Positions 21,685 through 36,531 are shown, counted from the stretch's first letter. The stretch: 64,000 nt of DNA from Raillietiella orientalis (GCA_036172245.1 JAYWIR010000017.1:310001-374000), one strand, 5' to 3'. Numbers and translations: made by a program. Notes: generated by a model from the sequence alone, not told the origin.

Positions 21685-23944
21685 GTGAGAAAAACATCCA
21701 TCTACGAGTGGACATTAATATTGGCATTGCGATTAACCTTGACATGAAAGACATCTTACAGACTGGAGCCAGATGTTCTCAGTATTAACATCAGGCGGCT
21801 TACTTTCGATGTACTTTTTGGAAGAATTCCCGATAGCCACTAATGCAGCGTGAGAAATTCCTTAATTCACGTGTTTTCGTGCTCTAGTTTCGAGTGTTAT
21901 GTAAATGGTCAAACAATTGTATAATCGGAAGTCTCAAATCCTTAACAGATTTGAGGTATGCTTTCGAAGATTTTCCACGTGTCTTCTAGATAAAAGACTT
22001 ATTGTATTTGAAGTATAATAGAATAACAGGCATTGAATACGGATGTCTGAACGCACATCAGTGTGCAGATGGCACCGTGTATATACATCGACCATGAAGT
22101 ATTTTGATTTTGAAATTGTGAAGTTCACTTCAAGAATTTCATAACGATTCCAGAGACAGACACTGAGTACCTTTCTCACCAATGCGAGTGTGAAATGAAG
22201 TGCATGGTGGTTCGATACCGTCCGTTTTTCTTCTGCAGTTTCTATTCCTACGTTTGTCTTATGTACTCTCCATGATTGCACGCAAATCTTGAAGGTACTT
22301 GCAATTGCCGATATTTCGAAAGTTTTTAACGCAATTTTTAAAATTTTACAACAACCGGCCATCATCGTCATCATGCATTCCCGAGCTGTTCACACATCCG
22401 ACCCCCTTCTCACGTACTTTCATTTTCAGACGGAAGAATGGATTTTCACCTTCTACGTGGAACACACCAGGGAACTCTTTTCTTCATAACAACAAATCGA
22501 GATTTTGCAACAACAACCAATGGAGTTCAATTATAATAATCTAATTAAGGTGCTTTACATCAATCAGTGAAAAGATTTCACTTCTTGAAAATTCAAAGGT
22601 GCGGAACGCCGTTCCGCAATCTAAATTGGCTTGATCTTAGCGATCACAATCAAATTCGGTCCATTCAGCAAGAGCCTTATTAAGAAAGAAAAGGTTAATG
22701 AATTTAACGAGGGTAAGAGAAGCCAAAGTGAGTTCAATCAAGAGAAGCCAAGTGAATAAGTTTAGCAGAGGTAGCTTTTCCTGAATGTTTCTATCAGAAG
22801 CGTGCCCTACACAAGTGAATCGTGTGTACTTAGTTTTACTTATAACAGATCACAAAAAGCATCTGTAAAACTAATAGTATCAGTGCTATCATCGAAAGGC
22901 CTCGAAAACTAAAATTTGTAAAGAGTTCCTCGACGACATAAAGTACGCACACACGCCGGAGTGGAAAGATATGAGAGACTTGAAATAAAGTCTATACATC
23001 GATTTCCTTTACATGCTGAATTAGCAAATATCCACGATCTACCTTCAACTTCAGAGTTAAATGCATCAAGCGATCATAGTAGAAATCGAATTCCCTACCT
23101 ACTAATAAATTGTGTTTGCTGATACTGGTTTCTTGAAAAGAGAAAAATTACTATGATAGTGGCAGTTGAGGCCGTAAGAGATGTCGTGAAGACAAAGCTG
23201 AGACATAACCTCATTGTAAGGACTGATATGATTTCCTAATCGATGTTTGTATATAAAAAAGTGGCAATACAATAGTATCTAATTCGAGAAGGAATCTCTG
23301 ATATCAAACTACAAAATTTAGAGGATATGGACTGAAACACATATTTTTTTTCAAAGAAAAAAACTCGTGCCATACAAAGTACCAAGTTAGAAAGATCACA
23401 TAAATCTGAGAAAGCTAAGTAGAAATGATACTGATGTCAACATTCTCGTCTCGAATATAATGGAAGAAATTCAAGAAAATATCAAATTAAGCGAAAAATC
23501 AGGGATAATACTACTGCTTGATGGAAATGATATAATCATTCTACTGGCACCAACCCAACAAGTATTTATAGCAATCTTCCTAAAATACCTCCCCCCCTCT
23601 CTAAAAAAAAAATTAATAAAATAAAAAAAAAAAAAAAAATGGATACACAGAATGCAAGATTTTAGTACCGGTGCTCAGGGAATGAAATTTTCAGCTTGCG
23701 GAGAAGCAGGAAAACAACGTTTGGTTTTTCTGTCATAAAAAGAATATAGAATAATCAAAAAATGGTGATTTGAGAATTTGGGGAAAAATGTACGAATCTA
23801 CGATGTCTGTAAAATGATAAGTCTTAATTGAACAGCCAAGAAAATGATGCCTGTGGAACTTAATGCATGTGAAAAACTGGATATAAATTACTTAGCGTAA
23901 AAAAGTCTGCTTGGTTTCTTTCCTTGAGGTATCAACGCAATGAC

Positions 23945-23973
23945 TAATCTGAATCAGTAATCTGAATCAGTAA
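23945..23973. repeat. 13-bp tandem duplication
   Basis: taatctgaatcag x2. Confidence 0.85.
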
Positions 23974-26900
23974 CTGAGCTTTAATCGTCGAAATCCTAAA
24001 ACAAATATCTGTTTGATGAAACTGTAGAAACAAAGTATTAATTCTCAGTTTCTCTGTGAGATGCGCGCGATTCAATAAGCTGATGTAATATATTACTCAA
24101 AAGCGTGATTTTTTTGAGGTTCTAAGCTTATATTCCAGAACTAATTTTATCGTGTGATTTCTTGTCACAGATTCGTATTCCCGCATATTCCCTTTGTGTA
24201 CACCATTAATGGTTCTCAAAATGAATGTATACGTTGTGATTCCATTGTGAAATCTTAAACGCTCACACGCAGTATCAGTTCATATGTAGGACTCACACAA
24301 ATGAGTTGTAGAATCACCGACTGACTTGGAGCCACTTGACCTTGTCAAAATCCTGTGTTTGATTTTGTTTACTATTATCGTGCAACGTGTTGTTTATCAT
24401 TTAGAAAATTTACATTCATCGAAAATTCAGTTGCATGCAATCTAGGTGTTTTCAGACCTCACATCCTCCACAGAAACTCAACAAATTCTGAAATGTTGTG
24501 CATATAACGATACTCAGGAAAGCATATTTTTTCAGAACAATCTCCTTGGTAATCCTTATGGTGATGTGTTCTCTACCTAACCCTCCAGCATGCTGAATCC
24601 AAGTCAGACAAATTCAAGAAGCATGCTGGAGTTTTGCGATATTTTTAGGCATCTCACCAAATGCTGCAGCAGACTGCCCCCTGTTTCCATAAGTATTCCA
24701 TAAGTAGAGCCGTTGATTTTGATATAGTTTTACAAGACTTGAGGGGTATTAATAATTTTATAGCAGTTTGGAGCTTGCTTCTGTATTGATGTTATCACAA
24801 TGCATAGAGCGATTTGATAAGATTCCAGAAAGTCGTAAAGCGCTGCAGTTGCCAAGACTACAACACAGAATGCTCAAGATGTTGTAATAGCAAAACTTGA
24901 CTTAGTGGATTGATTGGGCGGTTCAGATCCTACATCTTATAGAGCTCTGTTCCTGAGATTCTTTGAGCTAAGATAGCCTTAAAAAACCGCGAACACAGAG
25001 GTTGAAAAGAATGCTTCCTATTTAGCCGCAAATCCTCCAGTCCGGGAAGACATCTGTTTTTCTTAGGATTTCCAAATTAGAATTTTTTATTGGTTTCTAA
25101 TCTTCCCGATCAATCCATCGATAAATCAAGTAAGTTTTTTTGTAACCGAATGGTAACTTCAATTTTCCAAACGGCAATCCTCTTGTAATTATGAACACCT
25201 CTTTATTTTAACATGACATAAATTGCATTTATTTCGTATAAATCGCATAAATCCTGCCAGTGGCAATCAGAAGGATCTTATCTGTTCGTAATGAAAAGCT
25301 GCAAATTCCATCCAATATGACAGACAGTTCCAGAAATAGGTTTAATATTATTATTATAATCTTATTGCTTTATGCTTCAGTTATATCTCACATGTTTGTT
25401 CCTTGTGTTTTTGTTCTTTTGATGACAATGTCATTTGCCTGATGATTCGTAAATAATTCAACAGTTCTTAGGAAACACCACTTAAAAACGGTGACGCTTG
25501 TAAAATTCAAGAGAATATCTCTGTGTAGTTGTTATTTACTATGCACGTGTGTTTACTACGTTACTATCTATAGCTGCTCTATTTTACTGATTGGCTGCAC
25601 TGTCCTTCCGCTGATTCGACGTTACCTATTTTGCGGATTTTCTGGGGCAGTGCTTTCCAAGACTGATTTCATCTGCCTTTTACTTATTCAGAGTAAGAAG
25701 GTCTTTTCAAGATTTTGCGATGAAATCAGCATTTTCGAATGAGTTTTAACAAACGGTATCTTTTAAACTTGCACTGCCTTGTACAGCAAGCGACTCAAGA
25801 AAAAAATCACGAAAAGCTTTTCCAGAACTCTTGAAATCCTCCTACTAAAAGTCTCCTATAGAATCTTTATGGAAGCTTTTAATTTTTCCTATTTGCAAAC
25901 AGAACTTCCCTTCACAGCTTTTCAAAAAAAGCCATGTATTCAGCTTATTTTGACTATGAAATGCATCTCCATAGATTCGTCTGAATGACATCGGAATTCA
26001 CTAAATAAACTCTACATGTAGATGTACAACTTTTCAAACACATCTAACCACGCTACCTGCGCTTGAGGGAAACAACGTGAACGGAAGAAACGTGTACGCA
26101 TTTCAGGATCATTTAATATTTTTATTTAATCATTAATATTGCTAGAGGTCTTACCTTGTAACAAGTGCTCCCCTGAAGAAAATGATTCACTAGTTGATTC
26201 CATCAGCGACTCTTTAATGCATAAATCTTTGAGAAAATTTTCAACGTGCAATACGAAATACTTCGCCAATCGTAAGCTAAGATGACTTCAACCGTGGGCA
26301 TTGTTGAAAGTGTGGACTGGTCAGTGTTATAGGCAGTTTTTTTTAAAATAAGTAGTAATGGATAAAATGTATAAAGTAATGGCTTATGAAGTTAAATATT
26401 TAATGCCGTGCAATTTGGTGCTGCTTATTTTACTCAGGGAGATAATCACGTAGTTCTCGAGAATTTGTCATCACAGATTCGTATACGATAGAGTACTCGA
26501 AAAATCTTGCACTTTGTTTTACGTACACAAATGGATTCATACGTTGCTAGTTATGCAACATGACTCTGGAAGTACCATTTTAATACCAAATTTGAAAACA
26601 TAAATGTGAAAATTTATAAGTGGAAAAAACAGAGCATTCCAAGATAGTTTTTGAACACATTTGTTTGGGAAGCCAAGAGTGTGGCACTTCCCATCATCAT
26701 CTATGAAAACATTCAAATGACTAAAAGAAGAAGTCTAAATTTGTCCTATGGTCTAAAGGAAAAAAAAAAAAAAAAACGTTTCAAAATTCTAGCATCATCA
26801 TTTGCAAGCAGCAACATGACAAAAATTTTCAAATTCAAAGAATTTCAGTTTTCGTTATTCCTCTGTGGAGATACATATCAGCTACTCAGAGAGAATTTCC

Positions 26901-29399
26901 TTTGAACTTGACATCGATTTCCCGCAAACATTCTTCGAACAATTTTCTGATTCGGTGTCTTCGCCTGAAATTCCTTTAAACTTCTTGCTCTTCATCCTTC
27001 CATGTAATCGAATAGGTAGTTTGTTTTTTTTAATAAGTATATGTAATTCATGTCTATATCCCAACAGAAATCATATTAGTTCCCACTCTTGATCATTTTT
27101 AGTTATTCGTTACCTCAATTTTTAAAGGTTTAGTACGTTTAAAGTATTTCGAGCTAGTAATAGAGACTATTCTAGATAAAGTGTTGCAGTAGAACTCTGA
27201 TCCCAACAACGCTCAAATGCCAAGATGTGAAAACTCTATATTACGCATGCCACAAAAAGTACTTAATTATATTGCGAGATCCACGCACAGACACCAAGAC
27301 ACATGAAAAACCATCCTCATTATGCAGAGTAATTCGAATGCGTAAATTACAGAACATTCTTCAAATTTGGTAAAATATTAATTACTTTACATTCCGTTAA
27401 TCGGTTGGATTGTATTGATCTTTCTAAATCATCTTGATGATATCCACGCTTAAATGATCATCATTATAAAACAAATATTTTTTCCCGTCCCAAACTCTTT
27501 AACAGACCGATTACGTGTTGTTTACTAGCATTATACTGTTTTTCGTATGAACTTTTTGTTTTCCTCCTCCTTTTTTTTCTTTCCCTAGTTGTTTTTCACT
27601 TATAGAACAATATGGAATATTTCAATTTAGTATGGAACTTTCGAATTCTTAGATAGTTTGGCGGTTCATAAAAGAAATGTTACAGATCAATTCTTTCCAG
27701 AGACGAATTCTACCGAAAATAACCGTACTCTTCTATAGGAAGCTTGCACGATTTTTTAAATTTATTGGAACACTGTTTCCCGGATTGGGTGCTCGTAAGT
27801 TGATTTTCAACTGACCAAAGTCGAGCAGAAGCTTAAGCTTGAGGGACGGGAGCAAGTTTTGAAAGAAGAAAAGTACCAACATGGCGGAAAAGAAGGCTTT
27901 TCCAAAAGCGTGCACTCGATTGGAGTTTTAATACTTTTCAAGAAGCTCGGATTCCTGAAAAGTACTAGGATTTTTCTCCAAAGAATTTTAAGTGATCCAA
28001 TTGATACCTGGTCTGCTGCTCAGGGAAACAACTTGAGGACCGAAGATGCTGTTGACACATTTGCATGAAGAAGAAATGCCTTGTTTGGGAAAATGTACAC
28101 ATCTTTAGATCTCTCGTCCTTGAGGAAAACATGTAACTCGATTGTTTGATGTGTAGGAGCAGCAAGGTAAAAAAAAAAAAAAAAATGAAAACTAAAGAAG
28201 GATTCTTCTATTTTATTTGGAGAATGATGATAAAACTGAGTACAAAGACCTTCAGGTTAACAAAAAAAAAAAAAAAACTACCTTGCTGGAAGAATGGTAC
28301 TATCAATTACAAAGTGCTACACGGTGCAATGAAAATTTTCATAAAGCTTCCAATTCTGCATTGAAGAAAACGAATTCTCAAGGCGATGGCAAGGCCATAG
28401 TAAGTGGCATATAATTGAAATCACGAATTGCTTTACACGTACAAATTATTATTTTGTTTAGTCGTGCATTAAAGATTTAATTGTGGTGTTTCAACTTCTG
28501 GGAAATCGGAAAACATCCACAAGAACGCGATGCTGTTTTCACCGTTTCTTGCAGATTGCTTCCAACTTATTTGATTCTTGAGTTTTTCTATACAGTAGAA
28601 AGATTTGATTTGAGTACTGGTAATTTCTACGTACGCACAAGAAGACGTACGTACAATAAAGCATTTGCGGAACGAAGGAAACATCAGTTCGGTACCGTAG
28701 GAATCGTGTGGACCACCACTACACATCGCATGACGTCACGCCTCCGAGTCAATGCACATAGCTAGTTCATGCCATCGAATAGCCAATCCGTGATCGATGG
28801 CTTTGGAGCGTCATGGAAACGCTTCCCGCGCAGACTTGGAGCAACTCTTCCTGCTTTTCGGTGGACCTCGACGATGAAAACTGGTGTACGCAGTGGTCAC
28901 GGAAATGCTATGCACTTTCAGATATATCATTAAATGCATTAAGCAAAAGTTTAGGAGGCCAATAATGACATATTTCCATGTGCAGATTATAATATATTTC
29001 GTCATACAGTGGAGATTAGTACAGTGATGATTGCCATTTTATGCTTCATCTTGTTTACACAAGCAGTTGCGCACTGACGCAAGCGTGCTTTGGGAAGGAA
29101 TTTGATTATTTGATCAAAATTTTTTACATAGCACTCATCTGATTACTTATTTCAATATTGTTAAGTAGTCTGCCCAAAATATTCAGAGTTTTTTTTGAGA
29201 GTCCGGATTGCAACGGAAGGAAATTTTCTTTTTCATAAGGGATTCTAATTCCACTAGTTAAAAGCTGACGGAGTAGCCTGTATATGACAGCTAACCGGAA
29301 GCTCACTGCTGAGAAAGTTCCGGTTTCACTTCTGTTCACAAAACACCGAAACCGAAAAGAGTTTGCAGTGAAGCATTCGGTAACCATCCGTTACGACTT

Positions 29400-32300
29400 G
29401 GACGGATGGTCACTGCCCCTCTTAGATTCCTTTTATTAGCTTTATGCAGCTTCGAGAGTCACCACAGTCCTCGATCAACGATTTTTCGGGGTGGTCTGCA
29501 ACAGAAAAGACGAATAATCAGCTTTAGATTCATGGAAATTGCTTTCTAAATGCCATCCGATGGCACTCTCAGGAACTTTGAAATAGTTGGTGTAAAAAAC
29601 CATGATCGGCCGTTGCTTCGACCTATCTGCTTGATACCAGATAGAAACCCTTTTTTGATTGCTTGTGCTTGTTTCTCTGTTTCGATTACACGTGGAGCAT
29701 TTCCGGGAGATCTCCCCATTGCTGCCTCCCAACCGGAAACGAGGTGGAACTTGGAAAGTCTTCCTCATCTTAGAGAGGCCCCGGAGAACAGTGGTCGGGA
29801 GCACTACGCTCAAGTTCAAGTAGTCCGTGAGTTCGAGAAGGAAGCGATCTGCGTCTCAGGTCTCACCAGTCTCAATCGATTTTCGAGACGAGAAAACTAA
29901 GGAGCTCGTACGAAAGCTCTGATGATAGGAAGCACGGCAGGATGCTAATAGGACGGGATTTTCGGGCGCGATGCTGAGAGAAGGACTGAAATAAACGGAG
30001 GTCTGTTTCTGTTCGGAGGCGTGTGACTTCCTCGCTCGTTCTGGCAACAGTAAGCTGGTAACGGAGGAAAGTCCTCGAGGCTGGTCTTCGCAGAAGAACG
30101 TGTGAGGAACCATTTGGAATGGGTAGTGGGGCGATCATACATCCGAAGAGATGAGGCAGACAGTGCCGCACGTGGAAGCAAGGAGAGAGCAGAAAGACGT
30201 TCTCGAGATCGTTTCGAAGGAATCTCCGTTCCTTGACTGAGGCTGGGAACAGGGAACATCAGCTCTCAGGGCTGAATGGCACTGACCACTGAAGGGAAAG
30301 AGGTGGATCAGGCATGAAGGTTTACCTTGCGGCAGATGGATGAAAGCAGAATCTAAGTTTGTCTTGAAAATCGAAGGAAACGTAGTGCTATTCCGATCTG
30401 AAGTCAATTTAGCCATGGGCTGCGAGGCAGATAAAAGGGAAAAAGAAAATTGGAACGAGATGCAGAAAAATGTGAGTAGCAGCAGATCGTTTCTCAGCAT
30501 CGAGCCAAACTCCGCTCGAACTCTGCGCTGGGATGCAGCACTGTGGAGATATGTCAGTGATTCAGCTTCCGCTGCTTTCTTATGCGTTTTCCTTCCCTGC
30601 CTCTTCCAAGACTTCTGTTGGGCTTCGTTTGCGGTGGAAGAGGAATAGTCACCAAAGAAGGGTAGGACTGTTTTCCTGTCTCTTCAAAACAAGACCACAA
30701 GAAACAGACGTTCGACTTGCGTGTCCGCTTGCTCGATCGACGGCATCTGCATTCTGGCAATTTGCTCGGAGTTTCCCATCCTCAGTGAAGCCGTCGCTGT
30801 TCCTCGCGTGTCTTTGCGCCCGCTGCATCACGGCATTTTTGCCCCCACGTGATGGTGTTCCACTCTATCAGGCCTTACTGATCTGCCGAATGCCTGGAGC
30901 GAAACTTTGAAGACATGATGCGATGAGGAATAATGGAACATGGATTTTCACCATGAGTTTTTTCGTTGTTCGGCTAGGATCTGTATGATATCTGAAAACC
31001 CCAAGTGGATGTCTTTCCAGAGAGTCGTTCAGTGCATTCGTTTCAGTCTAGAGGTTGGTAGGTAGTGAAAGCAATGAGAGGCGGATGACCGAGGGCAAGA
31101 GCTCTTATCGAAGCTGTCGTTGTGCAAGTCACGTTTATGAATTTAGAAAGTTTCGTCATTTATTTAGAAAGCCTACGCGTTACGTAGGTCCTAAGCAGAT
31201 ATTTCCATATTCTGGATATGCATTCTTTTCTGCGGATGAAGGAAGACTCGCACGGCGGCAATAAATATTTCGTGTTCCACTTCTTGCAGCTTATTAAACA
31301 ATTCCTAGGAACTAAAACTGACATCCAGCCAGCAGACGGTTTGCAGTCATGTCCATTCGTATTCAAGGTAATACACAGATTTGAACATTGCATCGTGCCT
31401 TTCAGGAATTTGAGAATTCATAATTATTATCTTTTGGGACATTTTCATTAGCAGATCATATTAATGATTGTTATTACTGGAGAAAACTTTGAAATGTTGT
31501 AAGCAAAGAGGGTTCAAGCATGGTCTGTATTGTATGTTCTTCTGATTCGTAACGATGGCCAAGTCTTTCGATCGAAAGTTGATGAGAATGGTTTCCCGAA
31601 GCCCTTGCTTGCACGAAGCGATTCGTCAACAGCGTACTCTTCCAAGACTTATGGGCACCACTCTGTCAAATCAGCAGTAATCGAATGTTTTATTTATTTA
31701 TTTATTTATCTCCAAAGATAAATTGAAGTGTCATCTGGGCATCAGTGAGTCCCAAGGATCCATGTGAAAACGACAGTTACGGATTCGATATGCAATCTAC
31801 TCAAGATGTGCGTGTGCACAGTCACCAGTTATCATTTGATCTAAGTTTCTGATTATCGATTGGAAATTTTCTTGACCAGCTGCATTTTCCGACAGTTGCA
31901 GAAGAAAAAGGCAAGAGCGAACCGAAAAGCATATCGCCCATGCTTTTCGGTGTCCATCCATGTTATCCCTCGTTGTTCGATGTTCAACCTCACCGTTGCC
32001 TAGGTTAGTCACGATCTCTGCAAGGAACCTCTCCTTCATGAGGTATTGTGATACCCGATCAGTTCCCGTGCATAATATCTCCAGTCCACGGTCCGAATGC
32101 CATCACAATCTTGCCATCGCAATTCACTGCTGTCGGAACTGTGAATGTGCATGCTGCACATCCACATTTCAGCTCTTTGCTTGAGTATTTTGTCTCGAAA
32201 CAAAAAACAACAATGAAACCCGCGTTCCATAGTGGTATCGAATCCGCTCTTCCCTTTCCATCTCTGATCTAAAATGATCTAAAATAATTCTTTTTCTTTT

Positions 32301-35020
32301 CTTCTTCCCGACATAAAAATTCGACTTCTCTCGAACCGGCTGCTTCAAAGTTTCCCCTTCTCGACGACGCAGAAGCATCTCCATGCTTCCCTCCAAAACA
32401 CTACCTGAATATTCATCTCGGTCACCAATGTATGATCACGTCGAGGGCAGCGGGAGAAAGTGGGCAAAATTAGCATCATGTGCCTTGTGCAGTAGGATGG
32501 CCTTTAGAAAAGTGGCATCTCAGGATTTCATCTCATCTCAGGCATGCTCCTCAAACCTCTCAAAACCAAGTGCCGTGGGATGCAAATGCCATACTTTGGC
32601 GGAAAAAGTGAGTACCGAAAAGTCTGCTCGGTTCTTAGCAAGGATGGTACTGTCCGATGTGATTCATCCTCCCTTGCAAGCATCCAATGTAGACACCTTT
32701 GCTATTCTGTCTATTTAATCCAGTTTCCCTTTTCCCAGAAGTCTTCTAAGAAATTCGGTCCTTCCATGGACCAAAGCTACTTTTCATAAGGTGTTCTGGA
32801 TCATTATTCTTTTTGTTTTTTCATATTCTTTTATCTCATCCTCCTCTGCTCTGTCTACTTCGACGCACATTTCAGCATCATCTGCTTTTCTGGAAATCTG
32901 CTGGAAAGGCTAGAAGAAATCTGTATTCTGGGTAATCCACTGGACCTCTTGTCCAGCTTTGTTTTAATGCAGTAGTTAGTGTTGGGAAGACTGTTTTCTC
33001 GAATTTTCCAAGTAATCTAAGCTGAATGTGTGTGATTCTATTTTCTGATTATCTGCAATGATTATTATCTGCAGGACTTATATTATCGGAACTTCCTATC
33101 TTTCCCAAAGATTTCCGACGTTCGTATTAAAGAATGCTTAGCAACCCCATCACTCACCGAACTTGTCGTTGGTTAACTTCCATTCTGGAAACTGGCACTG
33201 GCTGAAGTCATTAATTTCATGTTCATTCTCATAGATGGGTAATTACTTTCTGCTACACAGATCTGAGTTACATTGGTGGTTGCATGAGGCCATCAGCAGT
33301 ATTTGAATGTATTTTGCTGATCCTTACGAGATGCGAGCACGGAGAGCTCCGCCACCACTGCCATTTCCGAACTCAGTTCCCATTCCACAATCGGCAATCT
33401 AATCCTTCCAGTCTTCTCACAGGTTCCAATTTTTCCAGAAAAAATTCTGGAAAATAAGCTCAAGACCACGAGCACTAATCTCAAAGCAAACCGACGCTTC
33501 GCTGGCTTGGATAAACTAAATGTTCAAAGAGCAATTTTAATTGCAAGTTCAAAGTTCCAGTCTGTAAGAGAGTGCATGTTTTGCTTTCGAAGAAACACCA
33601 CAGCATACAAATGCATTTAAGCTAAAAGACGAAAATATTGATGATTCAGCAGTAATCTACACCGGAACCACCACCATAAACAGTTCATTTGCACAAAATC
33701 CGTTCGACTGCGCGTTACGTTTTTCTTTTGCTGCATTCAACGTGAGCCCATTTTAAGACTTCCATATCCCTGCAAACTATTTTTTATTGCTATTCTTTGG
33801 AGTCTTGCACAAGCCATGACAAAGGTAAGAAATCGTTACCACGATGCAAACCAATCTTGAATTCATGCTTTGATGCATCTCATGAGAAGACCATCTCTGG
33901 GATCCATCACGCTTGCCACTGGTGTCTTGTTCTCCGTCGTTAAGTTTTCCTCCTATTCTTTGTTTTGAGCTCAATATTTTCAATGAGAAGCAAGGACAGA
34001 AATGTGCTTGCAAAGGGTTTACGGCGTGTGCAGGATCAAGTGTTTCGGTAGTGAATTTTTGAAAACAGTCACCATCCTCATATCCAGATAGCTGAAAATC
34101 CAGCCATTAAAAATCCAAGTTGCCTGCATTTTTCTGTTGCGGCGTGTATGTCATCTGTACATTTCAAATTCTTATAGGAATCAAGTTTCCGATCTTTCCT
34201 CAACTTTCTCATGTGTATTAATTTACTGCAAGCTAAAAGAAGCTTTTATTTAGGATCTATCGAATCTAATTTGAGGTTCGTGTTACTACTGTCAATAGAC
34301 AAACACAGTTCTACTGTATAAGCAGGAACTCACCTTCTGACTGTGTGCGAGGAAAAGCAATGCAACACATCGTCAAGAGAAGAGCATAATACATGACACT
34401 TGGTCATGTTTCATGTTCACTGTTTCGTATTCCAATTATCAAAGCTGCCATCCATGAAGATGAACCAACACGGAATAGAAATCGCAATTTGCTTCCGGTG
34501 CGGTCCAAGTTTCTTCTTTCCACTTTTACAGACTGGAGAAGTTTTGTATTGTAACTACAAGTAAGAACGGGAAGCAGAAGCTTTTTGCCCTGCAATGCTC
34601 CTGGGGATCCTGGGGATGCAGTTTCCATGCCCTGCCAATATGAATCTTGAATGTCACGAGAAACATGGACAAGTTTTTTTTGCCCCGAGAATGAAAACGA
34701 CGATCAAGGAAGTGAAGAGGTGAAGACGCGTGAACATGTGAAGATGTAAAGTGACATGGGATGTAGATCATTCCTTGCAACATGTCCAATTTTTGCATTA
34801 TTGGAAGGGATATGATGCTACATTACTGGATTTGTCTTCGTTTGAGGACTGAATGTAGTTCAGTCGCTGCATGAAGGCTTTAACAGTGAAAAATCGAAAC
34901 AAGAAAAAAGTGCAAGTAGCTCTTGTCTTCCCCGCAACTTCGTGAATGGGAGAACCTTCCTTGTGCTTGTGAGTTACCGAGTAAGAGGCTGTGTGATGCC
35001 AGAGACAAACAGGCAGCACC
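29400..35020 (-). mobile_element. Decayed Ty3/Gypsy LTR retrotransposon (gag-PR-RT-RH-IN order)
   Basis: Minus strand: gag-like KHKEGSPIHEVAGKTRATCTF (~34950); protease-like GRIRLPIV..VVAELSVLASRKD (~33400); RT AKVSTLDACKGG*I (~32690) and YIGD (~32430); RNase H-like YYARELI (~32070); integrase PLPIPNGSSHVL, FSQHR..FLSSEL, HGLLER, WGDLPEML (29700-30130). No LTR pair identified. Confidence 0.75.
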
Positions 35021-36099
35021 CAGCAAATTCAAAATTTAAAAATCAAGCAATTTTCCACAGGTTTTCGATAGCACACGATCAGAGACGGGATCAGGTACAC
35101 TTGGTCCTCTCTATTGAATAATAGTATAATGGGAAAATAAAAACAACGTGCTTAAATTTTGCTTATGAGGATTTTGAATTTTCCAAGTCACTGACTACTG
35201 ATGTGATGAATTTGTGTCATTACGAAAGGAGAACCTAGTTTTCTCCGTGAGCCTCAACGGTAACTAAGGTTTTATTTTAAAAGACTCTTGGAAGAGTTTG
35301 GGCAAAACATTTCCTTTTTTCAAGTTGAAAAACAAAAAATCAATAAAAAGAGGGAGTGAAACGATTGAAAAAGAAAATCAATGATTCAGGTCTGTCCAGT
35401 AACGAGATTTTAAAGGCTTCATGGAACAGCTGGTTCACTGTAAAACAACGCTTTTGATTTTTGAGTTTCTCATTTGGCCTCTGTTTTTTTGTTTTTTGTT
35501 TTAAAAAAAAATCGACCAGTGGGCTTTAGAGGAAATCTAGAATCGATTTCACTGTTACACATCTGAAATTTGATAAGATTGTACTGAACGATCAGGTTTT
35601 CCTGAAGGCACATCCTTGACAACGAAGCCGGACGTCAGACATCTGGCGGAATGTCGAGCCGGGGGCCGAGCGCTTGACCCGGCAGTCCGGCGCGTCCAGC
35701 TTGCTGGACGAAAACGACTAGGAATGCTCGGCCCCTACGCAGGTTTTTCACCCGGATTTTTTTCCGGGGCATTCATTATAAAAACAATAAAAATCCACTT
35801 CCTGTGTCCTACAAAAAACAGAAAACCTGCCAATTTGCCCGTACACAGACCGGCGAGGTCCTCTTCGGCAGCGAGGGGGAAGGAATGAACCAAAACAAAA
35901 TAAACAACCAAAAAAAGGTCAGGTTACGTTTTTTCGGGAAGAGAAAGGGATTTTTGGGGGAAGGGATCACAGTTCGCTACCAATAGTCCTCTACATCCTA
36001 TCCAGGATGCTGGCGAGTGCATTTCGGATATTGCCCAGGTAGGACCATCTCGTGGCGGTCCTCAAAAAGATTCTCGTCCAGTGGATGGAGTCCCTTCCA

Positions 36100-36114
36100 T
36101 TCTGGTCCCTTCTT
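36100..36114 (+). repeat. Left copy of 15-bp target-site duplication TTCTGGTCCCTTCTT
   Basis: Identical to 36732-36746. Confidence 0.92.
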
Positions 36115-36531
36115 TCATCGTTTCTTTACTGACTCGGTGAGGTGGAGAGCGAGCCGTCGTCGCAATGACGGCGGGCCGGTTCTCGTTTCTCCAACCAAGC
36201 GCAGGTGCCGAGCACCTGACCCGTTCGATCGTCCGGATTGCCCCGCGCTCGCGTCCGCGATCCTCTCTCGTTCCGCGAGAAGGTGCGACCGCCTCGGGGT
36301 ACGGGCGAGACGCGATCCGCTCCGAGGACAGTGTCAGGTGAGGAGTTCGACTGGGGCGGTACATCCGTCAAAAGCTAACGCGGGTGTCCTAAGGCCGGCT
36401 CAGCGAGGACAGAAACCTCGCGTAGAGCAGAAGGGAAAAAGCCGGCTTGATCCAGATTTTCATTACGAATACGGACCGCGAAAGCGAGGCCTAACGATCC
36501 TGTCGACTTTGCGCACAGATCATGAGTTTTA

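Noticed and set aside
35684..35720. Hammerhead ribozyme (stem followed by GAAA)
   Set aside because: The CUGANGA core is missing (reads CCGGCGC) and no stem III/UH site is evident.
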